A stretch of 64,000 bases of DNA from Candidatus Velesiimonas alkalicola (GTDB taxonomy: Bacteria > Omnitrophota > Gorgyraeia > Velesiimonadales > Velesiimonadaceae). The notes under the pieces were generated by a model. It was not told where the DNA came from and did no database searches. It saw only the letters and a program-made list of their open reading frames with translations. How positions within the stretch are numbered: position 1 is the first letter of the stretch; the number at the start of each line of letters is the position of its first letter. This document shows, one piece after another, positions 10,221 to 19,649 of this stretch. The stretch covers positions 100,817 to 164,816 of the forward strand of contig NDHX01000001.1 of NCBI GenBank assembly GCA_013626165.1. The letters are read 5' to 3'. A program made the translations under genes and the position numbers.

Positions 10221-10724
10221 TTATTTCCAGACTCTTTCTTCCACCTTCTCTTTTATAATCTTTTCACAAGGATATATATCAATTATTATTTCATCGGGTT
10301 TAAACCAGAGTTTTATTTCTCTTCCGGCGTCCTGTTTATTGCTTGAGGTGTGTAACACATTTTCATAAACCCCTTTTGTTGTTATTCTGCCGTACTGGCC
10401 TCTGATTGACACTGAATCTGCTTCTTCAGGGTTTGTTGCGCCTGCAACTTCTTTTACCTTTTTAATGGCATCTTCTCCCCAGTATACCAGAGCAAGAATC
10501 TTTTTCCTGTTGTGTAACTCTCCCATAATGTAACTTATCAATTCTTCAAAAAAGGGCCTGTCTTTAAGATGCTGATAGTGAATCTCGGCAAGCTGACGGG
10601 AGACCCTGGCAACCTTTGCCCCTATTATCTCCAACCTTGTTTCAGAAAGCCGCGTAAGTACATTACCCGTAAGAGATTTTTTAAGTCCATCTGGTTTTAT
10701 AATCACAAGTGTTTGTTGTTTCAT
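10221..10724 (-). CDS. ndk: nucleoside diphosphate kinase, with a ~25-aa C-terminal extension
   Basis: LVIIKPDG..., YMGELHNRKK, NVLHTSSN motifs (NVIHGSDS-like). Confidence 0.9.
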   Translation of the reverse strand: MKQQTLVIIKPDGLKKSLTGNVLTRLSETRLEIIGAKVARVSRQLAEIHYQHLKDRPFFEELISYIMGELHNRKKILALVYWGEDAIKKVKEVAGATNPEEADSVSIRGQYGRITTKGVYENVLHTSSNKQDAGREIKLWFKPDEIIIDIYPCEKIIKEKVEERVWK

Positions 10725-10737
10725 ATTATTTTATATT

Positions 10738-10926
10738 TCACCCTTCAACTGTTATGGCACTTACAGGACAGTCTTCAGCCGCCTGTTTGCAACACTCCTG
10801 AAAATCTTCAGGTATACTTGAGGATATTGCAACCGCAACATCATCAGTCATTGAGAAAACATCGGGGCAGGCATCTGCACAAAGCCCGCATCCTGTGCAT
10901 GTATCTTTGTCAACCATTACTCTCAC
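10738..10926 (-). CDS. 4Fe-4S ferredoxin (single-cluster, Pyrococcus-Fd-like)
   Basis: KDTCTGCGLCADACPDVF...CPVSAI. Start taken at the GTG (V14) that follows AAAGGAGG; an ATG 3 codons downstream is also possible. Confidence 0.7.
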   Translation of the reverse strand: MRVMVDKDTCTGCGLCADACPDVFSMTDDVAVAISSSIPEDFQECCKQAAEDCPVSAITVEG

Positions 10927-11135
10927 TTTTCCTCCTTTTTCATTTTTTGTTTTTCTTTTTTCCAATGCGGATAGTATTTTTCTATCCAGTCAATTGTTGC
11001 TTTATAGATACCTATATCATAGCCCAATTTTTCACTTTCTATCCATTTGTGTTTTAGTATTTCCTGCCTGAGAGAATTTGTTTGCTTATACAGTGCAAGC
11101 ATTTTAATTCTGTTTTCTTGTTTTGCTGATGGCAT
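10923..11135 (-). CDS. conserved small hypothetical protein (HKWIESEKLGYDIG motif)
   Basis: 70-aa ORF packed tightly between rsfS and the ferredoxin. The motif looks like a conserved short family, but I cannot name it with confidence. Confidence 0.45.
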   Translation of the reverse strand: MPSAKQENRIKMLALYKQTNSLRQEILKHKWIESEKLGYDIGIYKATIDWIEKYYPHWKKEKQKMKKEEK

Positions 11136-11141
11136 ATTATT

Positions 11142-11507
11142 TTACTCCATGAATGTCCAGGGCTCTTTATACACACCTGCTCCTGACCATATTCTGTCAA
11201 GCGAATAAAGCATCCTTGTTTCTTGAATAAATATATGGATTATAATATCGTTATAATCCATTACCACCCACTTCCCATCCCCTTTGCCTTCTATGTTTCT
11301 GACCTTATATCCTTTTGTGCCCGCTTCTTTATTTATGAGTTCTGCAAGGGATTGGCTATGTTTTATATTTTGCGATGTTGCAATTAAAAACCAATCGGTA
11401 AAACCGTTATATTTTCTCAAATCAAGCAGCATCATATTTTCTGCTTTTTTTCCAAGAAGAATATCTATAAATATTTTTACCTTTTTCGGAAAAAATCTTC
11501 CGGTCAT
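11142..11507 (-). CDS. rsfS: ribosome silencing factor RsfS (Iojap)
   Basis: DWFLIATSQNIKHSQSLAELI...WVVMDYNDIIIHIF..E.R..Y.LD..W. Confidence 0.8.
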   Translation of the reverse strand: MTGRFFPKKVKIFIDILLGKKAENMMLLDLRKYNGFTDWFLIATSQNIKHSQSLAELINKEAGTKGYKVRNIEGKGDGKWVVMDYNDIIIHIFIQETRMLYSLDRIWSGAGVYKEPWTFME

Positions 11508-11656
11508 TTTGTTTTTAAAATTCTAAACATAGATGTGCCGCAGTCCTTGCATTTACCCTTTAATGCAATTCTGCCATTCTTTAATGTAACCTGTTCTTCA
11601 TCTTTCATCTGACCTTTTTTCTTACATTTTACACAATACGCTTCTATGTTTTCCAT
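11504..11656 (-). CDS. small zinc-ribbon protein (CxxC...CxxC)
   Basis: MENIEAYCVKCKKK...KGKCKDCGTSMFRI. 4-bp overlap with the rsfS start. Confidence 0.5.
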   Translation of the reverse strand: MENIEAYCVKCKKKGQMKDEEQVTLKNGRIALKGKCKDCGTSMFRILKTK

Positions 11657-11715
11657 ACTGACCTCCTGAAATGTGAACCGAAGTATCATAACTAATATAC
11701 TGTGTCAATACCCTC

Positions 11716-12048
11716 TTATGTCAATCCACCTTTTTTCCTTATCTCACCCTTGCCAAGTGGTTTTTGTAGACGCACTTTCTTATCCAGTTCTTCCGCTGGT
11801 GTTCCGGGAATTATTATTTCTCCATATCTTATGGTTGTTATTGGAATAAGAAGTGACTGGTTTTCTGTGCCAATAGGTCTTTCTATGGTTCCTCCTTTTT
11901 CATCTATCATCTGTTGGTACAGTCTTCCATCAACCCTTAACATATAAGGAGATTCATCAGTAATGGTCCCCCTTACAATAATAACAGCACCTTCAAAATC
12001 GGATGTTGTTCTCCATAACACTAACCTTACCCTTTGTTCTAATAACAT
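11716..12048 (-). CDS. hypothetical protein (possibly PRC-barrel-like)
   Basis: 110-aa ORF overlapping the pdxJ end by 10 nt. No motif I can assign with confidence. Confidence 0.35.
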   Translation of the reverse strand: MLLEQRVRLVLWRTTSDFEGAVIIVRGTITDESPYMLRVDGRLYQQMIDEKGGTIERPIGTENQSLLIPITTIRYGEIIIPGTPAEELDKKVRLQKPLGKGEIRKKGGLT

Positions 12049-12752
12049 ATTGCCTCTTTCATTTCCCTTACAGCATTTTCTATCCCAACAAATACTGCGC
12101 GGGAGATTATTGAATGTCCTATGTGAAGTTCCTGAATACCTTTTATAAATGCAATCCTTTTAACATTATAGTATGTAAGTCCGTGTCCTGCATTTACACA
12201 AAGCCCCGTTTCCAATCCCTGATTAACCGCTTTTTCAATGGTAATTGCTTCTTTTTTAGCCTCTTCACCCTTAGCATTTGCATACTTTCCTGTGTGTATT
12301 TCAATAAAATCGGCGCCAGATTTTTTTGCGTATTCTATCTGTATAGGGTCTGGGTCTATAAATAGACTAACAGCGATACCTTTGTTTTTGAGTATTTTAA
12401 TAGATTCCTCTAAACTTGAAAATTCGGTAACAACATTTAATCCACCCTCTGTTGTTATCTCCTGTCTTTTTTCAGGAACAAGGGTTGCCTGTTCGGGTTT
12501 AATTTCACAAGCAATCTCCATAATATCCTTTGATAGAGACATCTCAAGATTGAACTTAACTGGAACAATTTCTCTGATAATCCTTACATCTCTATCTTGT
12601 ATATGCCTTCTGTCTTCTCTTAAATGAACAGTAATAACATCAGCCCCGCCAAGCACCGCAAGCATACAGGCAAAAACAGGGTCTGGTTCAAATGTCTTTC
12701 TTGCTTGACGAATCGTTGCAATATGGTCAATATTTACACCGAGTTTTGGCAT
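12039..12752 (-). CDS. pdxJ: pyridoxine 5'-phosphate synthase
   Basis: [18 protein letters not shown]...[18 protein letters not shown]...EGGLNV. ATG at 12752 preceded by GGAGGA. The upstream part of the ORF is not used. Confidence 0.85.
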   Translation of the reverse strand: MPKLGVNIDHIATIRQARKTFEPDPVFACMLAVLGGADVITVHLREDRRHIQDRDVRIIREIVPVKFNLEMSLSKDIMEIACEIKPEQATLVPEKRQEITTEGGLNVVTEFSSLEESIKILKNKGIAVSLFIDPDPIQIEYAKKSGADFIEIHTGKYANAKGEEAKKEAITIEKAVNQGLETGLCVNAGHGLTYYNVKRIAFIKGIQELHIGHSIISRAVFVGIENAVREMKEAICY

Positions 12753-12995
12753 AAATCCTCCGTCCTTATAATATCTTGAAGCAGTGTAACATTTTGATAT
12801 TCCCATATTAAGGATACTACTAAATCTAAATTTTGTCAAGAGCCTGTGAACATAACGAAAACTAAAAATTTGACACGGTATTAAAATTTCAGTATAATTA
12901 TAACATAAGTATTCAAACAAATTTTATTAATTTTTTAAACAAGAAAGAATTTACAGAGCCATGGTGGTAAACAGAAACAAGCGGCCATTTTTCTC

Positions 12996-13024
12996 TTGAC
13001 GGATTCTTAATTATATGCTAATAT
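12996..13024 (+). promoter_or_regulatory. sigma70-type promoter (TTGACG-17nt-TAATAT)
   Basis: -35 TTGACG at 12996-13001, a 17-nt spacer, and -10 TAATAT at 13019-13024. It faces the DUF2229 operon. Confidence 0.55.
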
Positions 13025-13030
13025 CCACAT

Positions 13031-13316
13031 ATTACTTGAGTCTGTCTCTGAGTATACCCTGTTGTATCGGAATTTCAATAAATTCCTATACAAAAGTCAG
13101 GGAGGTCTAAAGGGGAATAATCTGATTTCCCCGGGAGGCAGGAACTTTTTTCTTAAAACTAGGGATAAGAAAAAAGTTTTGTTAGAGGTGTTTTATGGCA
13201 CTTAAACAAAACGGGGTTAGTTTATGAAGGCAGGCTCCTGTGCCTGCTACAGGCAGGAAATAACAAATGTAAAACAACCGAAATAGAACAAAATTTATAA
13301 AAGAGAAGGCTAAAAA
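13031..13316 (+). promoter_or_regulatory. ~285-nt 5' leader with several GC-rich hairpins (candidate cis-regulatory RNA; class unknown)
   Basis: Examples: gcaggctcctgtgcctgc and tttccccgggagg. There is no ORF of 60 aa or more. It lies between the promoter and the first gene of the operon. Confidence 0.3.
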
Positions 13317-15437
13317 ATGGTAAAAAAAATAGGAATACCAAGGGCATTGCTTTATTATAAGTATTATCCTTTCTGGAAGACATTCTTGGAAGAATTAAGA
13401 TGTGAGGTAATTACATCTACACATACCACTCAAAAAATTTTACAAAGAGGAGTTAAATGCAGCATGGATGAATCCTGCCTGGCGCTTAAGGTCTTTTGTG
13501 GCCATGTGTTGGATTTAATTGATAAAGGAGTGGATTATCTATTCATCCCCAGAATAGAGAGTGTAGAGAGGAAGCATTTTGTCTGCACCAAATTTTTAGG
13601 GCTTCCGGATATAGTAAGAAATTCCATAAAAAAGACCCCACCTATTTTAAGCCCAAATATTGATTTTAACCGAAGATTTCCATACCAGTCAATGTTTAGT
13701 GCAGGATGGAGGCTTACCAAAAATCCTTTTAGGATTCACACCGCTTATTGGCGGGCAAGAAAAAAAGAACAAAACTTTGAAAGGACGCTTAAAACTGCAA
13801 CTTCGGTTTCTGAGGTGATGGAACTTATAGAAACAGGCCAGATCAGAAAAGTCAACACACAAACACATCCTGTTTCTAAGGGGGTGAATATCGCCGTCAT
13901 AGGTCATCCATATAATGTCTATGATGACCTTGTCAATCTTGGAATTATAAAAAAATTAGAGAAAAAAGGAGTAAATGTCCTCACCCAGGAGATGGTGCCT
14001 CAGGAGGTAAGTTTTAGGGCAGCCTCCAGGGTTTCAAAAGATATTTACTGGACATATCAAAAAGAAATCTTTGGGGCAAGCCTACACTTTGTAGAGAAGG
14101 GAGTAGATGGCATCATTTTTATCATTTCATTTCCCTGTGGCCCAGATTCGCTCACTATAGAGTACGCCATCAGGCAGATCAAGAATTCTGTTCCAATCCT
14201 TTCTTTAGTGATAGATGAACACCAGACTGATACAGGAATTATGACAAGACTTGAGTCTTTCATAGATTTGATAAAAATGGGAAAAGAAAAGACAACCCCC
14301 GTTAGAAAAAACTTCTCTGATGGCGCTTCTCTGCCTGTGCCACATCTGACACAGCAGACAGGTAATGGCAAAAGTGGACTTAAGATTACATTTCCTCATA
14401 TGGGGGATTACTATGTTTGCTTTAAGAGTCTCTTTGGGACCTTAGGTCATGAGGTGGTTGTTCCTCCGCCCATAACCAAAAGAACCATAGAACTGGGCTG
14501 TAAACATTCTCCCGAGTTTGTATGTTTTCCATTTAAGATCACATTAGGTTGTCTGATTGAGGGGTTAGAACAGGGTGCAGATATTCTTTTGCAGTCAGGA
14601 AGTAAAGGGTCCTGTCGGTATGGTGAGTATAAACCCGTACAGGAGCAAATATTGAAAGACTTAGGCTATAAGTTCAGGTTTATGAGGTTTAGCAGTTTTG
14701 GAGATTTTAAAGCAATAAATAAAAATGTCACAAATTTACAGATCTTGCAAAGGATAAGAATTGCCTGGGCAAAGTTAAGGGCTATAGAAAAGTTTGAAAG
14801 TGAAGTTTGGAGATTAAGTGCCTGCGAGGTAAATATTGGCGAAACCAGAAGACTGTATCAAAAATTTTTGAATTCCTGCGACCAGGCTAATACAAAAGAT
14901 CAGGTAAAGAGAGTTGAAAAAGAGTACTCGGAAAGATTTAATCAGATCAAAACAGTTCCCGGGTTCAGGCCAATTAAAGTAGGCATTATTGGTGAGATAT
15001 ACATAGTTATAGAGCCATATAGCAACTTAGATATAGAAAAAGAGTTAGGTCAGATGCGGGTTGAGGTGGTCAGGCCGCTCTGTTTAGGCCAGACTGTAAA
15101 AGAAATGCTATGCCTGTCACTTAAAAAGACTACCTTTCAAAGAATATCACGATCTTATTTGCAATATAATTCTGGTGCCCATGCCAACGCATCAGTAGCA
15201 GAAACTATTATCTTTGCTCATGAGGGTTTGGATGGTGCAATTCATATAAAACCCCACGCCTGTATGCCCGAGGTTACCGCCATGGGCGCTCTTCATAGAG
15301 TAAGTAAAGATTACAATATCCCGATATTGTTTTTTTCTTTTGATGAGAATGCAACCTCTGTTGGAGTAAGAACACGCCTGGAGGCATTTGTGGAATTACT
15401 TAAAAGAAAGAGGGAAAGAAAATGTATCTTGGCATAG
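13317..15437 (+). CDS. double DUF2229-type (acyl-CoA dehydratase activase-related) domain protein
   Basis: N-terminus IGIPRALLYYKYYPFWKTFLEEL is the DUF2229 hallmark. A second copy starts at ~aa 360 (ITFPHMGDYYVCFKSLFGTLGHEV). Conserved Cys residues are present. Confidence 0.7.
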   Translation: MVKKIGIPRALLYYKYYPFWKTFLEELRCEVITSTHTTQKILQRGVKCSMDESCLALKVFCGHVLDLIDKGVDYLFIPRIESVERKHFVCTKFLGLPDIVRNSIKKTPPILSPNIDFNRRFPYQSMFSAGWRLTKNPFRIHTAYWRARKKEQNFERTLKTATSVSEVMELIETGQIRKVNTQTHPVSKGVNIAVIGHPYNVYDDLVNLGIIKKLEKKGVNVLTQEMVPQEVSFRAASRVSKDIYWTYQKEIFGASLHFVEKGVDGIIFIISFPCGPDSLTIEYAIRQIKNSVPILSLVIDEHQTDTGIMTRLESFIDLIKMGKEKTTPVRKNFSDGASLPVPHLTQQTGNGKSGLKITFPHMGDYYVCFKSLFGTLGHEVVVPPPITKRTIELGCKHSPEFVCFPFKITLGCLIEGLEQGADILLQSGSKGSCRYGEYKPVQEQILKDLGYKFRFMRFSSFGDFKAINKNVTNLQILQRIRIAWAKLRAIEKFESEVWRLSACEVNIGETRRLYQKFLNSCDQANTKDQVKRVEKEYSERFNQIKTVPGFRPIKVGIIGEIYIVIEPYSNLDIEKELGQMRVEVVRPLCLGQTVKEMLCLSLKKTTFQRISRSYLQYNSGAHANASVAETIIFAHEGLDGAIHIKPHACMPEVTAMGALHRVSKDYNIPILFFSFDENATSVGVRTRLEAFVELLKRKRERKCILA

Positions 15438-16414
15438 ATGTTGGGTCAGTAAGCACAAAACTTGTTGTCATTGACAAGGATAGAAATGTTCTAGATGCTC
15501 TTTACATCTCCACAGGAGGAAATCCTATCCTGGCAGTAAAAAGAGGGTTAAAGACAATCCAGCAGAGACTGACAAATCCAGAAAAGATAAAAAGCGTAGG
15601 AACAACAGGCAGCGCCCGTCATCTTATCAGTATTTTAGTTAATGCCTGTGTTGTAAAAAATGAGATTATTGCCCACGCATTAGGAACCTTACACTTTATA
15701 GCAGGGGTTAGAACCATCATTGAAATAGGCGGACAGGATTCTAAAATTATAATTATAAGAGACGGTATTCCCGTAGATTTTAGTATGAATACGATATGTG
15801 CTGCCGGGACAGGCTCGTTTTTGGACCACCAGGCTACGCGCCTTGGAATTCCTGTTGAGGAATTTGGCGATTATGCCCTGAGAGCAAAAGTAAAAGTTGG
15901 TATTGCTGGAAGATGTACAGTATTTGCTGAATCAGATATGATTCACAAACAACAACTCGGATTCAGTAATGAGGATATTATCAACGGACTGTGCGAGTCT
16001 ATTGTCCGAAATTATCTGAATAATGTGGGCAAGGGAAAGGAGATTTTATCCCCTATAATATTCCAGGGCGGAGTAGCAGCAAACAAAGGCGTGGTTAGAG
16101 CTTTCCAGAAGGAGTTAGAAACAGAGGTAATTGTACCTGAGTATTACAATGTAATGGGCGCCATAGGTGCAGCTATCCTGGCTATGGAAGAGACTGAGAA
16201 GAGCGGGTGCCAGACTGATTTTGATTTTAATATTGCTGATATTGATTTCAGGACCAGATCGTTTGAGTGTAGTGGATGCCCAAATTATTGTGAAGTAATA
16301 GAGGTATTAAAAGCACATATAGTTGTCCACAGAGCCGGTTCACGATGTGGAAAATGGGAGGTTCAAGATGCAGAGGAAAGACTTGTCAAGTCGGGGGTGT
16401 ATGACAACAAATAA
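15422..16414 (+). CDS. BadF/BadG/BcrA/BcrD-type ATPase (2-hydroxyacyl-CoA dehydratase activase-like) with a Cys-rich C-terminus
   Basis: LGIDVGSVSTKLVVID..., IEIGGQDSKII, ICAAGTGSFLD, FQGGVAANKG. C-terminal CSGCPNYC...CGKW. 16-nt overlap with the upstream gene. Confidence 0.75.
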   Translation: MYLGIDVGSVSTKLVVIDKDRNVLDALYISTGGNPILAVKRGLKTIQQRLTNPEKIKSVGTTGSARHLISILVNACVVKNEIIAHALGTLHFIAGVRTIIEIGGQDSKIIIIRDGIPVDFSMNTICAAGTGSFLDHQATRLGIPVEEFGDYALRAKVKVGIAGRCTVFAESDMIHKQQLGFSNEDIINGLCESIVRNYLNNVGKGKEILSPIIFQGGVAANKGVVRAFQKELETEVIVPEYYNVMGAIGAAILAMEETEKSGCQTDFDFNIADIDFRTRSFECSGCPNYCEVIEVLKAHIVVHRAGSRCGKWEVQDAEERLVKSGVYDNK

Positions 16415-16501
16415 GTATAATTGTGTCTTCGAGGGGAATCCTTTTATTGTGTGCTATCATTGCAGGGCTGAATAATTACGAAAATTTAAGAAGGATAAAA
16501 T

Positions 16502-16693
16502 ATGGGAAAATTTCAAGAAAGGTATATTGTAGACGAAAAGGGACAAAAGACGGCGGTAGTTCTTCCGGTTGAAGAGTATGAGGAACTCTTAGAGGATCTC
16601 CACGATCTCGCAATCACCGCTGAACGTCGGGATGAGCCTACAATAGCTTTCGAAGAACTTAAGAAACGGTTGAAAGAAAATGGCTTTTTATGA
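16502..16693 (+). CDS. type II antitoxin (Phd/YefM / RelB-like)
   Basis: 63 aa with an acidic C-terminus. Overlaps the downstream RelE-like gene by 14 nt. Confidence 0.65.
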   Translation: MGKFQERYIVDEKGQKTAVVLPVEEYEELLEDLHDLAITAERRDEPTIAFEELKKRLKENGFL

Positions 16694-16943
16694 GATTCAA
16701 TGGAAGAGATCAGCCGAACGAGACTTACGGAATATCGACCCACAACAAACTCCTCGAATTATCAAGGCTGTCGAATCCCTTACAGATGATCCATTTCCGC
16801 TACAACACCGTAAACTTCGAGGCTCAGAACGAGATTATCGGATCCGAGTTGGGGATTACAGGGTGATCTGCCAAGTGGATACCAAAACGAAAATTGTGAT
16901 CATTTATCATGTCCGTCATCGTAGAGAAGCATATCGCAAGTAA
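16680..16943 (+). CDS. RelE/ParE-family toxin
   Basis: ..DYRIRVGDYRVICQVD...IVIIYHVRHRREAYRK. Classic toxin-antitoxin overlap arrangement. Confidence 0.75.
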   Translation: MAFYEIQWKRSAERDLRNIDPQQTPRIIKAVESLTDDPFPLQHRKLRGSERDYRIRVGDYRVICQVDTKTKIVIIYHVRHRREAYRK

Positions 16944-17338
16944 TAAGACCATTGACCGACTTCGCCTAACAGAGCGTATCTGGTTCGGGCTAATGCCCTC
17001 ACCAAATTGCTTTCGGCTGCTTCGGATACGTTCGGGACGTTAGGCGACATTCGTTGTCTCTTTACTCAAGTTTGAAAAATGTCCGAAAAAGATTTAATGG
17101 TATTTGAAAAGAGAGTTAAAAACTGGGAACTTGCACATCCCAGGCAGTGGATAGATACCTAATAAAAATATCAGAATCAATCAGAGGCAAGAAAGGAGGT
17201 GATGGAGAAAAATGTGGCTTCTGTCTGTGGGATTCTGTTGAAATAGAAGATGGAAATAAAAAACTTCTGAAGTTTTTTACTTTTGTAACCGCATCTTGGG
17301 GTTGGGACAAAAAACTTCAACCAAATTGGAGGTGTAGA

Positions 17339-18190
17339 TTGAAAAGATTAGTTCTTTTAAGTTTAGCAACCCTTCTGTGTCTGCCTTTGGCAGTCTATGC
17401 GATAGGTATAGGCGGGGTAGAAACACAGGGAGAAGGAAAAGTTGGCATCGGCGTTGTTCAAGAATTTGTCTTTGAAAGGGATCTGGAAGACAAAAGCGTA
17501 GAGCTAAGAGTAACGACCCCTGGTGGTCTTGCTCCTGCAACCGGCACAACAAGAAGCAAAGTTGACGAAATGAGTCGCACAATGCTAAAAACAAGCTATG
17601 GACTGACCGATAATGTAGATATGTATATAAAGTTGGGCGTTGCCAGTTTTGATTCTGAACACAGAGGTAGTGGAACCTGGCGGCTTGGTGCTGCCACTGG
17701 CACATGGGTTGAGTCCGTAAAACTTGAAGGTGACGATACTCTTGCCTATGGCATTGGTATGAAAGTTACACAACCTTTGGAAAACGGCTGGCTTGTGGGT
17801 CTTAATGTTCAACATTTAAGACACGATCACGATACAAGAAGAACCGGGTCGCAAAGAGCATACAATGCTGCTGGAGTTTTAGTTTTTTCAGAAACATTTA
17901 CTCCCCGAAAAGGGGAAATGAGAATTCAGGAAACACAAGTTGCGCCATATATTGCCAAGGAACTGGGTATGGGTGGTAGTTTTATACCTTATTTTGGCGT
18001 AGTGTACTCAGAGTTAAGAGGAAGATATAAAGAAAATGGAATAAGAGAGAGACATAAAGCCGATGACAACTTTGGTGTATTCTTGGGTGCAGATTACAAA
18101 ATTGGCCTGGATACATTACTCAATGTTGAAGCCAGACTTATAGATCTAGATCAAACAGCATTGAGTCTTGGTGCCACTCACAAATTCTAA
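17339..18190 (+). CDS. outer-membrane beta-barrel protein (signal peptide, C-terminal Phe)
   Basis: TTG start 6 nt after GGAGGTG. Signal peptide MKRLVLLSLATLLCLPLAVYA. Alternating beta-strand pattern. Ends ...LGATHKF. The upstream part of the listed ORF is not coding. Confidence 0.65.
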   Translation: MKRLVLLSLATLLCLPLAVYAIGIGGVETQGEGKVGIGVVQEFVFERDLEDKSVELRVTTPGGLAPATGTTRSKVDEMSRTMLKTSYGLTDNVDMYIKLGVASFDSEHRGSGTWRLGAATGTWVESVKLEGDDTLAYGIGMKVTQPLENGWLVGLNVQHLRHDHDTRRTGSQRAYNAAGVLVFSETFTPRKGEMRIQETQVAPYIAKELGMGGSFIPYFGVVYSELRGRYKENGIRERHKADDNFGVFLGADYKIGLDTLLNVEARLIDLDQTALSLGATHKF

Positions 18191-18331
18191 GCGTCTACTT
18201 ATTTTGTTTTATCTTAGAGCCAGAGGCGTCTTGATTCTTCAGGACGCCTTTGGTGCACTTAAGGTAAGTCTTTTATTGACGGGAAAGAAGCGATGGTGTT
18301 ATTTCAAGTCAAAAAGGCGTGGTAATCCCGG

Positions 18332-18375
18332 TAAATACTCAGTCAACTTGTGTTGCCTGAAGGCACAGGTGACTG
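18332..18375 (+). repeat. copy of the 'AATACTCAGTCAACTGTGTTRCCTGAAGGCACA' repeat family
   Basis: Near-identical to 34892-34935. Confidence 0.6.
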
Positions 18376-18423
18376 TTCTTGCATTTTTCACAAAATTTTT
18401 ATTATAATCTATACCCATAAATA

Positions 18424-18723
18424 TTATCCTTCAGCAGATCTTATAAATCCTTTTTCATGGTTGGAAAACTTATCTAATTTCTTAATAAGATTTTCCATCA
18501 TTTCCTGTCTTTTGAAAGTTTCTCCGGTTATTATAAGATTTATTGCTACCTTATCTTCTTTATCTAAACCTCTGGTATAATTTATCAGCATCTTGGTAAA
18601 AACATCTATATCTCTGACAGGTTCAGGAAAACGCATTCGTAAAGATGACTCAGAATTTAAAGAAATTAATTTCACTGTCTGCACAAATAATTTTAGTTTT
18701 TTCCTTGAAAGGGTCTGAAGCAA
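18424..18723 (-). CDS. hypothetical protein
   Basis: 99-aa ORF. No recognisable motif. Confidence 0.3.
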   Translation of the reverse strand: MLQTLSRKKLKLFVQTVKLISLNSESSLRMRFPEPVRDIDVFTKMLINYTRGLDKEDKVAINLIITGETFKRQEMMENLIKKLDKFSNHEKGFIRSAEG

Positions 18724-18861
18724 TATATCAATGAATGGTTATTATAGAATCCAAAATATAGATTTACCATAGGTGCACTGTCAAAAAAGTAAGATGCACA
18801 AACATACAACCCCGTTAGAAAGTTGGGTTTTCTAACCGGGTTATAAATACAAAAATTTTTC

Positions 18862-18890
18862 TTGACAAAGAATATTTAAAGAGATAGAAT
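18862..18890 (+). promoter_or_regulatory. sigma70 promoter (TTGACA-17nt-TAGAAT)
   Basis: Consensus -35 at 18862-18867 and near-consensus -10 at 18885-18890. Upstream of the coiled-coil gene and rplM-rpsI. Confidence 0.6.
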
Positions 18891-18930
18891 AAATAGTCTG
18901 TCTTTTGTTTTATCTGTGGAGGGAGGATTT

Positions 18931-19626
18931 ATGAATAAAGTAATTATAGGTGTGTTAATAGTGGTTGTTGGTGGGTTTTTGGTTTTTATAATTAAACAGA
19001 ACAAAGATCTTAAATTGACAAAAGTACAATTAGATACTACAAAAAATGAAATCCAACAGGTAACAGCACAAATGTTAGAACAAAAACAAAGGGCTGAAAT
19101 TGGTATTCTCCAAAAAGAAGAATTACAGAAAACATTTGACAGAGAAAGGCAAAATTTTCAGGCAAAACAAGAATTATTAAATGCGGAGAAACAATCTATG
19201 CAAAATGAAATTACAGGCCTACAGAACAGGTTGGAATCTGCAAAGGCAGATATATTAGAAATGCAGACTCAAAATCAGTTATTACAGGAAAGGGTGAATA
19301 AGTCTGAACAGGAAAAGAATGTTTTGCAACAAGAAAAGGCGGCCCTTACAGGACAGATAATAAATCTTATTTCTGAGAATGTTAAGTTAAAAGAAGAGGT
19401 CTCTGTTCTTACGCAAATAAAACAAGAGCTGGAGAAAAAGCTCAATTCTTTATCTTACTTAAGAGAGGCAATAGTAAGAGTAAAAAGAAGAATGCATGAA
19501 GAAAAGATTCGTTTGTCTAAAATCAGAGATGAGAAAGGCCTCAGAGAAGGAAACAGGGGTTATTTGGTAAGAGATGGGAGACCAACCGGAGAGGTTGTTA
19601 TACAGGTATCACCTGTTTCTCCTTAA
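18931..19626 (+). CDS. membrane-anchored coiled-coil protein
   Basis: ATG 6 nt after GGAGG. N-terminal TM helix (VIIGVLIVVVGGFLVFII) followed by a long Q/E/K-rich heptad region. Confidence 0.6.
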   Translation: MNKVIIGVLIVVVGGFLVFIIKQNKDLKLTKVQLDTTKNEIQQVTAQMLEQKQRAEIGILQKEELQKTFDRERQNFQAKQELLNAEKQSMQNEITGLQNRLESAKADILEMQTQNQLLQERVNKSEQEKNVLQQEKAALTGQIINLISENVKLKEEVSVLTQIKQELEKKLNSLSYLREAIVRVKRRMHEEKIRLSKIRDEKGLREGNRGYLVRDGRPTGEVVIQVSPVSP

Positions 19627-19649
19627 GAAATAGTATGTAGAAAAAGAAC

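Noticed and set aside
10569-11057. 162-aa + strand ORF across ndk, the ferredoxin gene and the HKW gene
   Set aside because: Antisense to three convincing minus-strand genes. No conserved features.
13031-13316. Assigning the DUF2229-operon leader to a known riboswitch class
   Set aside because: I could not recognise a B12 box, TPP, SAM, glycine, purine, FMN, c-di-GMP, ZTP or fluoride consensus by eye. It is kept only as a generic candidate leader.
17147-17338. N-terminal 64 codons of the listed OMP ORF
   Set aside because: No SD. A TTG start with GGAGG lies immediately before a canonical signal peptide, so the upstream stretch is leader and not coding.
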